From the human T2T-CHM13v2.0 reference genome, Homo sapiens, in NCBI RefSeq assembly GCF_009914755.1, contig NC_060933.1: a DNA stretch of 64,000 nt. One strand, 5' to 3'. The notes beneath the pieces are model-generated. The model saw nothing but the letters and a program-made list of their open reading frames with translations, ran no database searches and was not told the DNA's origin. Of the stretch, positions 63,158 through 64,000 are shown one piece after another. Position numbers and translations under genes: made by a program. Each line of letters opens with the position of its first letter. Position 1 is the stretch's first letter.

Positions 63158-63452
63158 GGCCGGGTGCGGTGGCTCGCGCCTGTAATCCCAGCACTTTCTG
63201 AGGCCAAGGCATGTGGATTATGAGGTCAGGAGTTCAAGACCAGCCTAGCCAAGATGGTGAAACCCCGTCTCTACTCAAAATACAAAAATTAGCCGGGCGT
63301 GATGGTGGGCGCCTGTAATCCCAGCTACTCGGGAGGCTGCGGCAGAGAACTGCTTGAACGAGGGAGGTGCAGGCTGCAGTGAGCCGAGATCACGCCACTG
63401 CACTCCAGCCTGTGCGACAGTGAGACTCCACCTCAAAAAATAAAAAAAATAA
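63158..63452 (+). mobile_element. AluS (a further Alu 3' fragment lies at 63858-63960)
   Basis: Alu consensus. Confidence 0.88.
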
Positions 63453-63925
63453 AGAAGGCTGGAAAAACCTTTGCTCCGCTCCACATCCACAGCAGTCCCT
63501 CTGCTACAAGGGACAAAAACTGGCAAGAGAGGGAACAGAGGGTACTCTACTTCTAGCCTAGGGAAGGGTCCACCTGCAGCACCTCCAACACCCTACAGCA
63601 ATGCAAAGCAGCTCTGCTTTCCTCTACCTAGGAAGAACCAGTTCTGCTTTTTTAAAAAAGAAAAAAAAAGTCATCTGTAAAGAGGCCCATCCTTGACCTT
63701 ACTTATTTCATCATTTTGTCAATGCTTACTAAATGCCACCTATATTACTGAATTAAGCAATGAAAAGGATCACAAGAAAAAAACTTAAAAGCACGCAGTC
63801 CATGACCTTGAGAAATAGAGAATGGAAAAAGACAAAGTAGAAATCCCAGGAACAAAGTCGAGCCTGCGGTGAGCTGAGATCGCGCCACTATACTCCAGCC
63901 AAGGCGACAGAGCAAGACCCTGTCT

Positions 63926-63956
<31 letters not shown>

Positions 63957-64000
63957 CAAAACCCCAGGAACTTTACAATCAAGCATATAAAAAACAGCAG

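Overview
Human (primate) genomic DNA lying entirely within TLE1 (Groucho/TLE co-repressor), transcribed on the minus strand. Eleven coding exons (conventionally exons 5-15) were mapped by hand to GT-AG boundaries. They splice in frame from TEIAKRLN... (Q domain) through the GP, CcN and SP domains to ...VSQLDCL (start of the WD40 propeller). Exon numbering comes from my recall of the canonical 770-aa protein. Introns contain about 37 Alus/monomers, L1 fragments, MLT2 and MER34-like LTRs, Tigger/Charlie/MER20 DNA transposons and MIRs. Almost all ORFs in the supplied track are repeat-derived or spurious. There are no rRNA, tRNA or CRISPR features. The most interesting region is an RNA-processing module around exons 6-8: (i) an alternative 30-nt donor next to a (UG)17 tract; (ii) a 192-nt AG-exclusion zone with a distant branch point ahead of a (CAG)4 tandem acceptor; (iii) an intron-7 read-through stop followed by a complete intronic poly(A) cassette, predicting a ~200-aa AES/Grg1-S-like truncated protein; the cassette's downstream element coincides with the branch point/pyrimidine tract of (iv) a 17-nt frame-shifting microexon. 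Separately, two Alus each carry a templated insertion copied from ~600 bp away, and there are several short perfect palindromes, one containing a p53-type site. I see no wholly new biological system; the candidates are regulatory or mutational features that need testing.
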